From the NCBI GenBank assembly GCA_030141605.1, contig JAQGDQ010000474.1, positions 62,001 through 126,000 on the forward strand: a DNA stretch of 64,000 nucleotides. The letters run 5' to 3'. Numbering within the stretch: the stretch's first letter is position 1; the number at the start of each line of letters is the position of its first letter. This DNA is from Tubiluchus corallicola (taxonomy: Eukaryota; Animalia; Priapulida). This document shows positions 26,093-37,934 of this stretch, piece after piece. A program made the position numbers and the translations under genes. The notes under the pieces are model-generated. The model was not told where the DNA came from, made no database searches, and worked only from the letters and a program-made list of their open reading frames with translations.

Positions 26093-26425
26093 CTCTTTTC
26101 TCTCCTTTTTCTTTATCCGTTCTTCTGTGTGTAGCCGCCTCTGTTCTAGTTGGCGGTGTCGAAACAGAGTTGGTATTGCATTTTCTGTAAGTCTTTTTGG
26201 CTGCTCTAGACCTTTAAGCTTGTGGTACAAACTTACTTGAAAGCACTCTGGTTCAAAGTGTTTCGAGCAAAGCCGACTATTGTTGTTAGGATGCCAGCCT
26301 AGCCTGCCAATATTTCGAATCCATATTTTTAGTATTTCTGGCTTTTTCATGGGAAAACGGTGGTACGAAACTCCAGAAGTCGAAGCTAAACTATCACAGT
26401 CACATGCTGAACAACACATGGGCAT
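26093..26425 (-). CDS. THAP-domain first exon (THAP-C), similar to THAP-B
   Basis: MPMCCSACDC...RFPMKKPE...W...LCSKHF...AIPTLF...HTEERI...ERKE|gtgagg; same exon end as THAP-B. A likely exon 2 (IYELL at ~25700) appears interrupted by the 25725-25991 insertion. Confidence 0.6.
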
Positions 26426-29039
26426 AATTGCAATTCTGTTTTGTTACACAAAGAATGCCCAAGCAAGCCTCTTTAAATGTCGAGATTCCAATGCAAGTAA
26501 CTACAAATATACACGAGATTTAGGCATTTTGAGGCTGTGGGAATTAGTCACATGGCCACTTTCATTTCTTTTTATTAAATGCCATATATCCTATAAGTAC
26601 TTCAGTTGCAATATAAATTTATGGAAAAGTTTGAATGTGAATTTCACAAACACTCAGGGTAGAACATCTATCTCAAGCTTTAAAAATGTGCAAAATGCAC
26701 CACAGTATTGCAAACCCCAATACTCGTCAAGCTCTTGTTCGCTACCACATTTATGATTTATGGTTTAGCCCATACGGACGTCATAATACTAATTACAAGA
26801 TTGATAAAAATGCTGCAAAAACAATAAGCCTACGCAAATCCTGAAATACATAAGTAAACTCAAAAAGAAAATGAGTTAAAATGTGTTATCATTGTACTTA
26901 CTTAATAGTTACACTTACACTAACAACAATTACACTCGCAGGCTTGTACAAATTTACTGAGGAAATCTACACTCTTCAGTATTAGTATTGCATTCACCGT
27001 TGCATGTCAGACACGAAAAGTGCCAAAGACCAGTCAGTGATAGCGGTACGGCACTAATTTGCCTATATCTGTAAGATATAGATATAAAGAAAATATCTAT
27101 GTTTATAAAGCATTATAAAACAATATTTGATCGTCGATGCAATAGAGACACAATACAAGAAGACAACGATAGTGGAGAGAACATAGTCATACTCATTTAA
27201 TACAGACGAACAAGAGCGATGGCGCGCGCTCGATGTGCAGAACCACGTATAGGTTACACGGCATTGTAGTATGGAATGTTCGCCTACCCCTTCTTATCAA
27301 AAGCACCTAACATTAAAGGTTCAACAGCTAAGCACAACTTATTTCAGTTAATCTCTCAAAAAGTTAATACTTAACAAGGCTTTAGCAAGTGCGCAGCCAT
27401 TTTGGCTTTCCGCAAAATACGAGGCGGAAGCAAAGACCTCTTCAGTCTTCCAACTTTCTGTAATAATATCGTGACAGAAACGGCGTAAAAAATCGTAAGG
27501 CATTACGAGAAAAACACAAATAACTTAAAGGAAATATTAATTGATTTATGAGTCGCATAAATAATTTTATTTTATAAATTAACCAGTTCCATAAGCCTCG
27601 TAAATGGCAATCGGGGCCCGGGGTGCGCATGCGTTTAAGCACGACTGTTGCTTAGCAGCAGTACATATAAAAAATAGATAGCTCTTCAACAAGCCATACA
27701 ACCAGCCAAAAAAACTGCAGGAGGACAAATGTTAACATATTTAAACATTGACCCTTCAAAAAATGGACTTGGGACATAGCAGTGAGTAGGGAGTCCTGGC
27801 ATAGGCAGGTGAACGGAATCCTGTCCCTGGATGTATGAATCTTTGGACGGTGATGATGACATAAATACCTGCTTTAGCCTGGTCACCACAGGCCAGGGTG
27901 AATTAGCTAGAAGAGTCACACCTGGGAACAAAAACCAAATAAACAAATACAGAAGGACTTGTAAACAAGAGGAGATCGACTAATGAAACTAGGATAAACC
28001 TAAGAAGCAAAAAGGAGAAAGATTTATAAATATCAGGAGTAAGTCTTAGAATTACGCAGGACCGCATTACGATCTTAGGAAGCCCTAAACCCTGAAAAGA
28101 CTATGGTTCTCCCATATATGTGTAATTCAAAGTAAAAACAATATTAAAGTGTAAAATGAAATTTATTTTTTGAAATGAAAAAAAAACTTGCAGTAGGTGG
28201 TGACCCAAGACAGCGGCACTAGGGTAGAAGAAAGAGACGAGGTACCCATCTAAGCACCAGCATGTCAACTTAGCCTGTTACTGTATAGAATTCACAATTA
28301 GACATTGTTTGCGAGATTTCTCATCTCAATGTTATTTTTAAGGGATTTGGTTGCACAAATTTAAATTTTTTAGCTAAAAACATTAAGATGAACCGAGCAT
28401 GTTACGAGTGTTATCCTTTCCTTTAGCTAGTACAGTACATCACTGATTAGTAAGATTGCAGCGAGGCATCCAAACTAACAGTGACTGAAAAAAATTCACA
28501 GTTAAATTTCACTAGTGAAATAAAACTATTTTAAACGCGAATAAAAATTGATTTGCACAAAGCAATGTCAAAAACACATTTGACTAGAATTCTGTAACAG
28601 CTAGACAAATTAAAAAGCTGGCCTGTGATTTTTCATGGCTGATAACTTTGTAATATTAGTGGCTCTCACACGGCCATATCACAGTTTCCACTTCACATTT
28701 TACATAAATTTTGCAATTTACATTTTATTTTGCAGATTACAGTAAGCCAATTTTGTACTTATAAGTAAATACTGCATTAAAATTATTTTCCAGATAATTT
28801 TTAAATTTAGTTGTACATCTAAATGTGAAAATTACATTAAAAATGCTATCGTTGACATCTATGAGATCATAATAATTAATCATTTTCAAGTAATTGTAAT
28901 TGTAATTTACTGTCCGCTTCAACATAATTGCAATTTCCATTATCACATTATAACTGTTATACATCAAATCAATTGTACTTACAATAATTGTAAAAGAACT
29001 ATATTAATATAGTTACTAACTACATAATAGTTTATCAAC

Positions 29040-29690
29040 AGGAAATATATGGTGCATGGTGGTCCAAAAAAGCTACTTAATTAAACAAGAGAAAGAATTA
29101 TAGAAAAACAGAGAATAGTAAAGATAAAATAATAGAATAAGATGGATAAAGAGACAAAAGAAATGAAATAGAAAGGAGTTCAGCAGAGATGTGATGCAAA
29201 AGCGTGAAAATATGAACTGTAAATTTGTGGGATGTACTGTGAACTATCGTACTTCATGGGCAAAACTTAAAGAATACATTATAAGTAAGATTTGAGCAGA
29301 AGATATTTCAGATATCTTTTAAAGCGAAATAATCTTTGATGTGTTGTGACATAAATTGATATTTCATTCCATAGAGTTGGAGCGGTAAATTTCAGAGTGT
29401 CCTGCAACATTGGTCTTGCAAAATCGAATATTATATTCATTAAATCTAGTGAAGTGATACTGGTGATTACATATGACAGGATTTATGAAACATGAGGGTA
29501 ATAAACTGTGGTGTGTTTTGTACAGATAGATAGCAAGGTGGTAAGAAACTAAGTAATCTAAATTTAAATTCCACAGTTATAAACAAATATACGTTCAATT
29601 AGGGCTTGTCTAGTTAAATTAAAGTGATTCTCAAAAACTTTACAACAGAGCATACAACAGTAAGCTAAATATAAGTCAAATAAAATTATA
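29040..29690 (-). mobile_element. L2/Crack-like LINE 3' fragment
   Basis: Minus-strand KFTAPTLWNEI....FRFKRYLKYLL motif; boundaries approximate. Confidence 0.5.
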
Positions 29691-30539
29691 AAAACATGTA
29701 CTGTAGGCTTTACCTATAAAACTTGTTTTTGCCTGTAAATTGTGTCACACTGGAGATGACTGACAGACAGTGTAGTCAAAACGTTTGTCATAATTTTAAT
29801 ATTTTCATGTTTCAAAGTTGTTAATAAAAGTTGTTTCTTTCCCTATAATCTGGAAGTCTTGTATAAACTGGCTTAAAATTCAACTATTTGCAGACAACTC
29901 AAACCACTACAGGCTTCAATGACAGTATTTATTTAGTGGTAAAACGTATGAATCTTAGTCTCAGAAGTGTTATTTCGGGTTACTAGGTATCGCCTATAAT
30001 TGTAAGCACAAAAGTACTTGAAAAACGAATTATGACAATATAAAAGCCTGACGTAAACAATAATACTAAAAGGGAATACCGGTCAAATATGCTCTTATCG
30101 TCTATAATTTTGCAGATCAGGTTGATTTATGCAAATGACGGCACATCAGTCCCACTTTTAGTTTAGACAGCAGCTGTAAGAGTGCGCCATGCAATTGAGC
30201 ACACGTGCATGTGATAACTGTTGAAGTCAATGAAGTGTACAATGCACTTTTGCCATGCAGCCAGAGTTTGTCACGATTATCGTACGTTTTACATGATTAT
30301 CACAAGTGCTTACTGCTTACCATAACGGTGAACACGTTGTGTGTTCGGTGTACGAGCCTGGTGGGTTTTTTTTCGTATGGCATGGAAATAATTAATTTGA
30401 GTATATGTACAGAAAATTGTATGTCAAAGTAACATAGGCTAATTATAGTACTTAAAAAGTCTGATATTAGTACGTACACTTTATTCAGAATTTCTTGCTG
30501 CAGAAATTAACTTCAAATAATGATAAAAATGAGGCTTAC

Positions 30540-30737
30540 CGTAGAACAGACAGCACGGTTTTTATTAATTTTGGAAGGGTTCAAGCGTTCGTGTGATTTT
30601 CCACAAGCTTTGATCCAACGCCAGCATTTGTCTAGGTTTTTATTTGGCTTAGGGAAACATATAAGTCTAATTCCTTCTAACCTCTCTGGGTATCGAACGT
30701 CTACATTACAAGTACCCCAAACGCAGCGTTTCACCAT
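30540..30737 (-). CDS. THAP first exon (THAP-D), paralogous to THAP-A exon 1
   Basis: MVKRCVWGTCNVDVRYPERL...FPKPNK....C.RWIKAC...VCST|gtaagc, phase 0, split at the same position before the HF. No local HF exon found. Confidence 0.55.
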
Positions 30738-31014
30738 TATAGAGCGCTTACAGTTTTCAGTATCTTGATCACTGGTGAAATGGAAAATACTGTTACTCGG
30801 CTCACGCAAGTATGTGCGGCTGTGAGCTTTGTTTGTGAGCCGATCAGGTCGAAACCTACTGTAGCAGCTGTGGATGCTAACAGCGGGAACGCTGATCGCC
30901 CGTTGCAGCCTTGCAGGCTATGCAGAAGGGGCGATGGTATGTATTGCTATACTGTCACGATTAGGGGTTAAGCGAGTACACTCATAGAAACCCCATATTT
31001 TTCCGCAAAATAAT

Positions 31015-31215
31015 TAAGGATTTAAGCTTTACTGTGATTGGTGCATCAACCACCATGGCAGGCAGATTATTCCATTCACTCACAACTCTCACAGAAAATG
31101 AATATGTACGAATGTCAAGACGTGACCGCTCTTTAGACAGTTTTAAACGATGTCCTCTAGTTTTAGAAACAACAACTAAATTGAATTTATCATCTCCTAT
31201 TCGTTGTAAACCGCG
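31015..31215 (-). mobile_element. CR1 LINE fragment
   Basis: Minus-strand RGHRLKL...RLDIRTYSFSVRVVSEWNNLPAMVVDA. Confidence 0.7.
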
Positions 31216-31304
31216 TAATTTAAATCCGGTTTTAATTTATCGTAGGTATATGTAAACTAGGTTCAAAAATGCCTCCTTGGGTATTTTATATAAACCAGTG
31301 CATT

Positions 31305-32353
31305 ATGTCTAGTCTCGTTATCTCGCCACTGTCCGTCTAGGGCAAATTTTTGGCGAGAGGCGAGTATGGCGAGATAACGGGAATATAACGAAGTTATGTA
31401 TATACATAATAGTTGATTAACATAGTGTTCCTCTATGTACATATAAAATATATTTCGCATTATGATACCAATCAGCATTAAATCAGAAATGAAAAAATGT
31501 CATAAAAATAATCTTAAAATTTTACTTTTTTCTTGTTGCCAATTCCACACCTCAACTTGAAACGTTGGAGCCATCCGTTAGAGTACTGGAAGTCGGTTAT
31601 GCCCAGTTCATTTCCAAATTGCTTGGCCTTTTCGCGCAAAACAGCATCAGTGATGACGACATTTTGCGATCGTGCAGTCGTCAACCATAGCTGAAGTGCC
31701 ATTTCCAGATTAGAATGCTGTCCACGTCGCAATTTCGTTGAGCCACTGTGACCATGACTTTGCATCCATTTTTCTTTATTCGCTATTATATCGCCTACAC
31801 TTCTCCGGCTAACAGGATTACCAAATTTCGCACTAAATACAGTAGCAATTTCCTGCTGTGTCTTTGAAGAATTATTCGTATGATAAATACAAATTTCCTT
31901 TTTTTGTTCAGGATTAAGACAAAACAGTTTTCGCTTCAGAGACATCATGTAAAGTTGCTCACACTTTGTAGAAATTCAAACTTAAATGCAGCTTTGGTGT
32001 TATAGAGTAAGGATATCGGTGACGCTTTAGTTTCTCTGCGCATTAACCAACCACAGCACTCCTAATCTAATCCTGGTGAGACACACACTAGATGAATTAT
32101 GTCTGTCTATCGAGTACAGCAGCATTGTCTACATACAGCGGTTATATTGATCGACACGCGGTATATGTATTGATCGATTCACCTCTGTATAGTTTACATA
32201 AGCACTCATTCCTAGCATGACGTGGCGAGGGCGAGAAGCGATGGTGGCGACTTAACGAGGTAAATATCAAAGCAGGAAATCCGTCCTGGTACTTTCTATG
32301 GCGAGAGACGAGTTTGGCGGCATAACGAGGGCCGAGATAACGAGGCTAGACTA
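31305..32353 (-). mobile_element. Non-autonomous pogo/Tigger-like element, copy 2
   Basis: Highly similar to 7351-8850 without the nested MITE; same TIRs. Confidence 0.9.
31514..31948 (-). CDS. CENP-B/Tigger-type HTH-only ORF, 144 aa (copy 2)
   Basis: Differs from 8000-8434 at only 4 residues. Confidence 0.8.
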   Translation of the reverse strand: MMSLKRKLFCLNPEQKKEICIYHTNNSSKTQQEIATVFSAKFGNPVSRRSVGDIIANKEKWMQSHGHSGSTKLRRGQHSNLEMALQLWLTTARSQNVVITDAVLREKAKQFGNELGITDFQYSNGWLQRFKLRCGIGNKKKVKF

Positions 32354-32775
32354 TATATATATATATATAAACTTCTCATGGCTTAAATTTTAGTTGTAAA
32401 TCTGTTCCTATGGAACTGTTGGTTATATAATTATCTATTTTTGTTTCTTCATTTTGTTTATTGTGCGAGTTTGTTATAATAAGGCTAACGATGTGTTTTT
32501 TTGTAATTCACTAACATGACTGTACTGTTTGAAACTGATGCGTTGAACCGTCAACACATACAAATAAATGTTAAATAAAACTAGATTAGAAATAACTCAA
32601 ATAGTTTCAAATTACCCCCTTAAAAAAACGAAGCAATTGAAATTATTTTATAATTCTAGATAATAATAGTCCTGAAAGGTATTCTCATTAAAATTAGAAA
32701 AATGCAATGCCTCGAGCCTTACATACAGAACTAAAGAACAATTTTACACAAAAATTATTGATTTATACACTAAAC

Positions 32776-33084
32776 CAGGGGTGTGCAAATGTAGCTTAAT
32801 GTTACTGTACTACGCAGACTGTGTGATACACATTACTAATATGCATTGTAATGAAATTACCACTATCTGTCCTGAAAGTAGAAATATATGGTTTGTAATA
32901 TAAATTTTAATAACTTCTAAAATAGTTTCTTGAGTACAGTAGTAATGATGTACGCAGGTCGGATGCAAAAAAATCATTATTAGGCCTTTCTGTACTTGGC
33001 TCCTTGATCAAACTACCTGTGGCCCGCAGGAATTGCGGGAAAGTTTAATGTGGCCCGGCTAGTCAAATAACTTGCACATCCCTG
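32776..33084. mobile_element. hAT (Charlie-like) MITE
   Basis: TIRs caggggtgtgcaa / ttgcacatccctg, perfect 8-bp TSD cactaaac, subterminal gtggccc repeats. Confidence 0.88.
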
Positions 33085-34244
33085 CACTAAACTAAGTAAT
33101 GCTTTTCTTTCATCTTTAAAATAATGTACATTTTAGGTGTGTTTTACATTAAAAGTGTGTTTTATGTTTAATCTTTTTAATTATTTAAAGAAATGTTATG
33201 CTTTTCGACAGTACAATTATATCTGATTACAGCTAGTGGTCAACAGATTAGCTTTTCATTTAGGAACATTTGCCTGCCTAATTTTAAAGGCATGAATATA
33301 TTATATACCGCTCTTCCAAATAAAAAGATGTTCAAAATATTTAGCTGTAATTGTTTGAGACTCTGCATTTAAAAGCATCTTTAGACTTAGATTTGTCATT
33401 AATTTTGACAATGCGGAATTTTTCAGTAAAATGTTAATGTCGTTTATGTACCAAGAGTACATAAACGATAAGTTTTTATCAGTGATTATCAATGTTTTTA
33501 ATAGCAAATAAAGATTATTATATATATATAGTATGGAATTATAAAAAAAATTCAGGAACTCAGGGTGCTCCTACTGAGACAGCATGGAACACATAAAAAG
33601 TAACTCGTAGCCCTAATTCTAATATTACTGTGGTGGTTTGGCATCTTCCACTTTTCATGTCGGTGTACTTTTAGAATACCACACGCAGTTTTGGCCCTTA
33701 ATTACATATAACACACGACCGTACTACTTTTAGGGGGAGGTAATGGGGATGATCACAATGAAGATAAAACTTTTATTACGCCCATATTTGCTCTATACAG
33801 GAGTAGTAAAAATGAAACCGTGTGCAAAACACGTATTGGGTGGTAAACTGAAACTTCGGTTCGCATTTTCCAGATTCCTCCTTACGGACCCTTTCTTTCA
33901 AAATCCAGTCCGAGTTTACAGATATTCTTTTACTCTAAACTCTAAGTTAACTAAAAATAGCTAAACTCTTGTTTTTAGCTATTTTTTCACAGACAAAACA
34001 AGTAATTGCAGCATATGCCGTGGTATAGTGATCCAGTCAGCCAAAAAAATACAGTTATTAAAAAAATTCCGTCAAAGAAGTTATGAAGCCGTTTGAGCTT
34101 TTGTTTTGTATAACTTGGGAGGGTTTAACAAAAAAGTGTTTCCCAGAAAATACTTTTCATAGAAAACTCGTTTCATAGAAACACTACCCAGAAAGATTAT
34201 TTAACACAAAGATCTGCGTTTTAGCAGGATAATGCCTTCGATTT

Positions 34245-34580
34245 TTTGTGTTTGCTCTTCTCCTTCTTTACCTCACTCCTTCCTACCCCCTCTTTCTCTC
34301 CTCCTTTCCCCCTCTCTGTCCCATTTTTTCCTCTCTTTCTCCCCCTTTTTCACTCACCATTGCCCTCTCCTATTCTCTCTCAGTGTCTTCCCTTGTGTAT
34401 GTCTTTAATTGTCTATTTCCCTCTCTTTTACTTCACCCTTTCTCTCTTTCTCTCTCTCTCTCTCTCATTCTCTGGCTCTCTCATTTTCTCTTCTTCCCAC
34501 TTTTTGCTTCACTTCCCATCGGTCTCTCCCTTCTCATTCTCTCTTCCTCTCTCGTTCTTTCTCTTTCTGCTCTCCTTTAG
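34245..34580. repeat. CT-rich low-complexity polypyrimidine tract
   Basis: Almost entirely C/T, including a (ct)n run. Confidence 0.9.
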
Positions 34581-34872
34581 CTATCTATAGTGCTTTGACT
34601 AATGACAATCAAAAATCAGAATCATTTAAAATGGCGCACCATAAAAGGGGGAATATCACCAAAGTGATCCTGGGGATATTATAATATAGTAAACTTATCT
34701 CTGAGAAACAAATCAAAGTTGTATTGTTGTGCAACTAATTACAAAACGAGTAATTAGCTTCTAATTAACGCCGCGGGTAGATTACAAGCAACACGAGACT
34801 TGTTCTGTCAGGCAATGACAACAAAGTACTAAGATCAGTAATATAAGGCACAAATTTCAAAATAATGCATAC

Positions 34873-35247
34873 CCGTTTTCTTTGCATTTTTTGGAAAGCT
34901 AAGCCACCATGTTTTGATGTTTGCAACAACTGTGGTGAATCTTGCCTAGGTTTATTCGTTATTGTTGGAATGGATCCAGTCTTTAGGATTCTCTTGCACC
35001 GGACACTGAAACCCATCGAAGACCTTAACTGCGGTTCATCTTGAAAACACGAGTCTTCAAAATGCGCTGAACAAATTACAGCATGAGTCGAAGGATCGAA
35101 AGAATTTTTCGCCCAATGATCCCTTCGGCAAAGCCTTATGAAGTGAATCCATTTTTTCCTAATATAAGGTTCTTTTGGAAAACGGTGCACACTAAATCCG
35201 TTAAGTGCTGAATTTGAGCAATATCCAGCCACGCAGCGATTGACCAT
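34873..35247 (-). CDS. THAP-domain first exon (THAP-E), Kolobok-type
   Basis: MVNRCVAGYCSN...HRFPK...KKW...ICSAHF...LK.GSIPTI...AFQKMQRKR|gtatgc; 125 open codons, phase 0 donor. Confidence 0.65.
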
Positions 35248-35383
35248 TATAAAAAAACGAATAAAGATTACTAATGAAACTGAATGTAAATGCAATGTGA
35301 CTGTAAAAAAGAAACTTCAAAGCAAGAAAGAAACGAATATCGTACGCACATGTAAATAGAACTCAATACAGCAAGAGTTGCAC

Positions 35384-35420
35384 ATGCGCATTGTCGTTCC
35401 TTACGGGACGTCACTTCCGC
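35384..35420 (-). promoter_or_regulatory. Candidate promoter elements upstream of THAP-E (ETS-CRE composite, NRF1-like)
   Basis: Minus strand reads GCGGAAGTGACGTC at 35420-35407, plus atgcgcat near 35385; 140-170 bp upstream of the ATG. Confidence 0.4.
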
Positions 35421-35539
35421 TTTATTTTCCGATTTTTCTTTTTTCACAAGATATCTGTACGGCCCTAAATTTGAAGTGTTTCAATGCCAATTAAAGCAAA
35501 CTGTGCAAGTTTATAAAGAAATGCACCCCGTTTTTCGTT

Positions 35540-36153
35540 TCGGTGTGTAAATCTCAAACAACCCGAAGAGGAACTCACATGTTGAGCATATGATTTCTCA
35601 GGCCAATAGACGCATCGGAATGATAAAACGCTGTATTTTATCGCTGTAAAAGTTATTGTACTGTAACGCTGCAAAAGTTATTGTGCCTCTTTATAAAGCT
35701 GTAGTTAGACTAATATTTGAGTATGCCTGCCTTGTTTGGTCACCACAGTATACGTTTCTCTTAAAAATGCTTCAGAAAGAACTCATTGGAAGTGTATTAG
35801 TCTGGCCTCTGATATTCAACCCGGCTCTGATATTCAATCTGTCTCGTCCCTTGAACAATACCGTGGTACTATAGATCTTATTAACTGTATTATAAAGTCA
35901 TTAGAGTTAGTTGTATTTTGCGTAGTGACAATTTTTTCTGGACCACTACGTGATTTACGTGGACACAATTCTAAATTATTTGTGCAGTACTCTCGCATTA
36001 ATATCAGAGCCCATTCTCTACTCGTTTTGTGGGCCCTTCACTTAATAGTGAAACAGTTGACGCATCAAATCTGCCGTAATTTCCCAAATTGTTGAGGAGC
36101 GACGGTCAGCTGTTTTATGGTTTGGTCTCTTAAACTTCGCAAGCAAGCAAGCA
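35540..36153 (+). mobile_element. CR1-type LINE 3' fragment inserted between THAP-E and the KolX-like ORF
   Basis: LYKAVVRLIFEYACLVWSP...LRDLRGHNSKL...; (gcaa)n tail at ~36138-36153. Confidence 0.75.
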
Positions 36154-36292
36154 AGTTTTTTTTAATCACGCTAATCAGTAGTGAATTTTGACAGGAAGTG
36201 TCTACTAGGGTTCACTGGACCTTTTAAACGCGCTTACAGGGGGAGAACAGTCGGTAAACGTTAAAGTACATTAGGTCCGTAAACATGCTAGA

Positions 36293-36540
36293 ATGGCTTC
36301 GAGTTCAGGTGAAGAAACGGACATCTTCGCAGATGTAGAGACCACAGGTGTGAAAGGTTATGTACCCGAGTGTGAGGATGATGAATTATTAACAGTTGGC
36401 TGAATAGTATTTTGACTGAAGAAACACATGTACAGTTGGAAGTAATGTGTATCGTCAACACAGAGTGGTGTATGTGCGGTTGATGTATCTCCATGCCCAC
36501 AGCAAGAGAAAGTTTTACGTTGTACAGAAATGGACATTTT
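36293..36540 (+). pseudogene. Decayed KolX-like (P2X7 C-terminal-like, Cys-rich) ORF of a Kolobok transposon
   Basis: MASSSGEE...GVKGYVPE...(stop/frameshift)...NTEWCMCG*CISMPTARES(frameshift)LRCTEMDI matches the WCxCGxCxxMxTxxExxCCxE motif. Confidence 0.6.
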
Positions 36541-37934
36541 AGAGTACAGAAGACTGACAAATCAAATCATATTTATTTATCCTTGCGTAAATAAAAAACA
36601 TATTAGTATATACAAGTATCAACCATCTAAATGGGAAAGGGTGGAGAAAAACATGATGTTACCAAATCAGCCATCCTACAATAAATTCAAATTTATTTAA
36701 CATCTCGCAATACATTCTAATGGATGTTTTTCCCTAAGAAAATATTACAAATTAACAAGTAAAAATTAACAATCAAAAAATAAATGAAAGAAATCAGCAA
36801 GCGAAAACATACACGGTTTTGTAGAGTAAACGATGCAAAGTATTATAATTTTTATATTAGATAAAATTATTAGAATACAATAACCAGAAGCACGTTCTGA
36901 ATCTTTAAATCTGTAAATTATGACGCACCGTATGTTATGCATCTTACATACATGACAGAAGGTAATGTGAGAATATGCTATGATATTTTTGGGGCAATAT
37001 ATGTATTGGTTTTGAGGCACTACTCTCCTAAGTCTACTAAACGATCTATTAAAGTCAACTGACAATCTGCTAAACAGCTTACTGATTAATATGGCATGGA
37101 TCACTGGTAGTACAGTAAGCTCCACATAACTCAAATCCAACCGGACCGAGAAAACTTTTGAATTAGGTGATGTTGACCATTTTGCAGCATAAAAGCTCTA
37201 AACCCCTTCTACACATAAATGCAGAAAGTCAACCCTTCTATTCATAAACGAAGAGATTTGATGACAATTACATAAAGAATAACAAAGTATGTAGTGAAAC
37301 ACAATTTTTTGTGTCACAAACGTGCACGTACACAACACTATTAAACGATACAGTTTTTGAGTTGTACGAAAATTTTCATTTTTCTAGATTATAAATTTCA
37401 TTTTTGAGTTAGGCAAAATTTTGAGTTAAGCGATGGTTTCTGTGAGAAAAACAAAGGATTTCATCCGTTCCAGTGAAATTCTTTGAGCTAGGTGAAAAGT
37501 TGGGTTATGCGATTTTAAGTTAGACAGAGTTTACTGTAATAATAATAATAATAAAAGTGAATTTCGTCTATTCTCCTGCTTCTACTTTTTAGACGTCCTT
37601 TAAATGAATGTTTAGTCGCATAGAGCAATAGCTTATTGCATGCATACTATGTACAAGGCTTAGCAAGTAACCAAACTGCACCTGATTTTATTACTAAATT
37701 TTTCTTCACTTTAAAAACGTGTGGAAGTTTGAATTGTACATTATAATTAGGTGCTGCCATCTATGGGCTAATCCTGTTACATTCTACCAGCTAACTTACC
37801 CCCAGTATAATTGTATGGTCCAGTGAATGCATATTCACTGGTTCTCTCCCTATTTTAAAGTAATGGTTTTGTGAAGCCTTTGCAAGTCTGCATAGGTCAC
37901 CTATACCTATACATACTGACTGGTTTTGCTTTCT

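Noticed and set aside
27070-27299. Possible second solo LTR (tgtaaga...tcttatca)
   Set aside because: No TSD and no second copy or empty site in the window.
29745-29830. Penelope-type hammerhead ribozyme (also ~13410-13445 and ~43019)
   Set aside because: The CUGANGA/GAAA cores are degenerate or lack a pairing stem II; at most decayed relics.
34246-34684. Leu/Ser/Phe-rich ORFs
   Set aside because: Artefact of a CT-rich tract that lacks stop codons.
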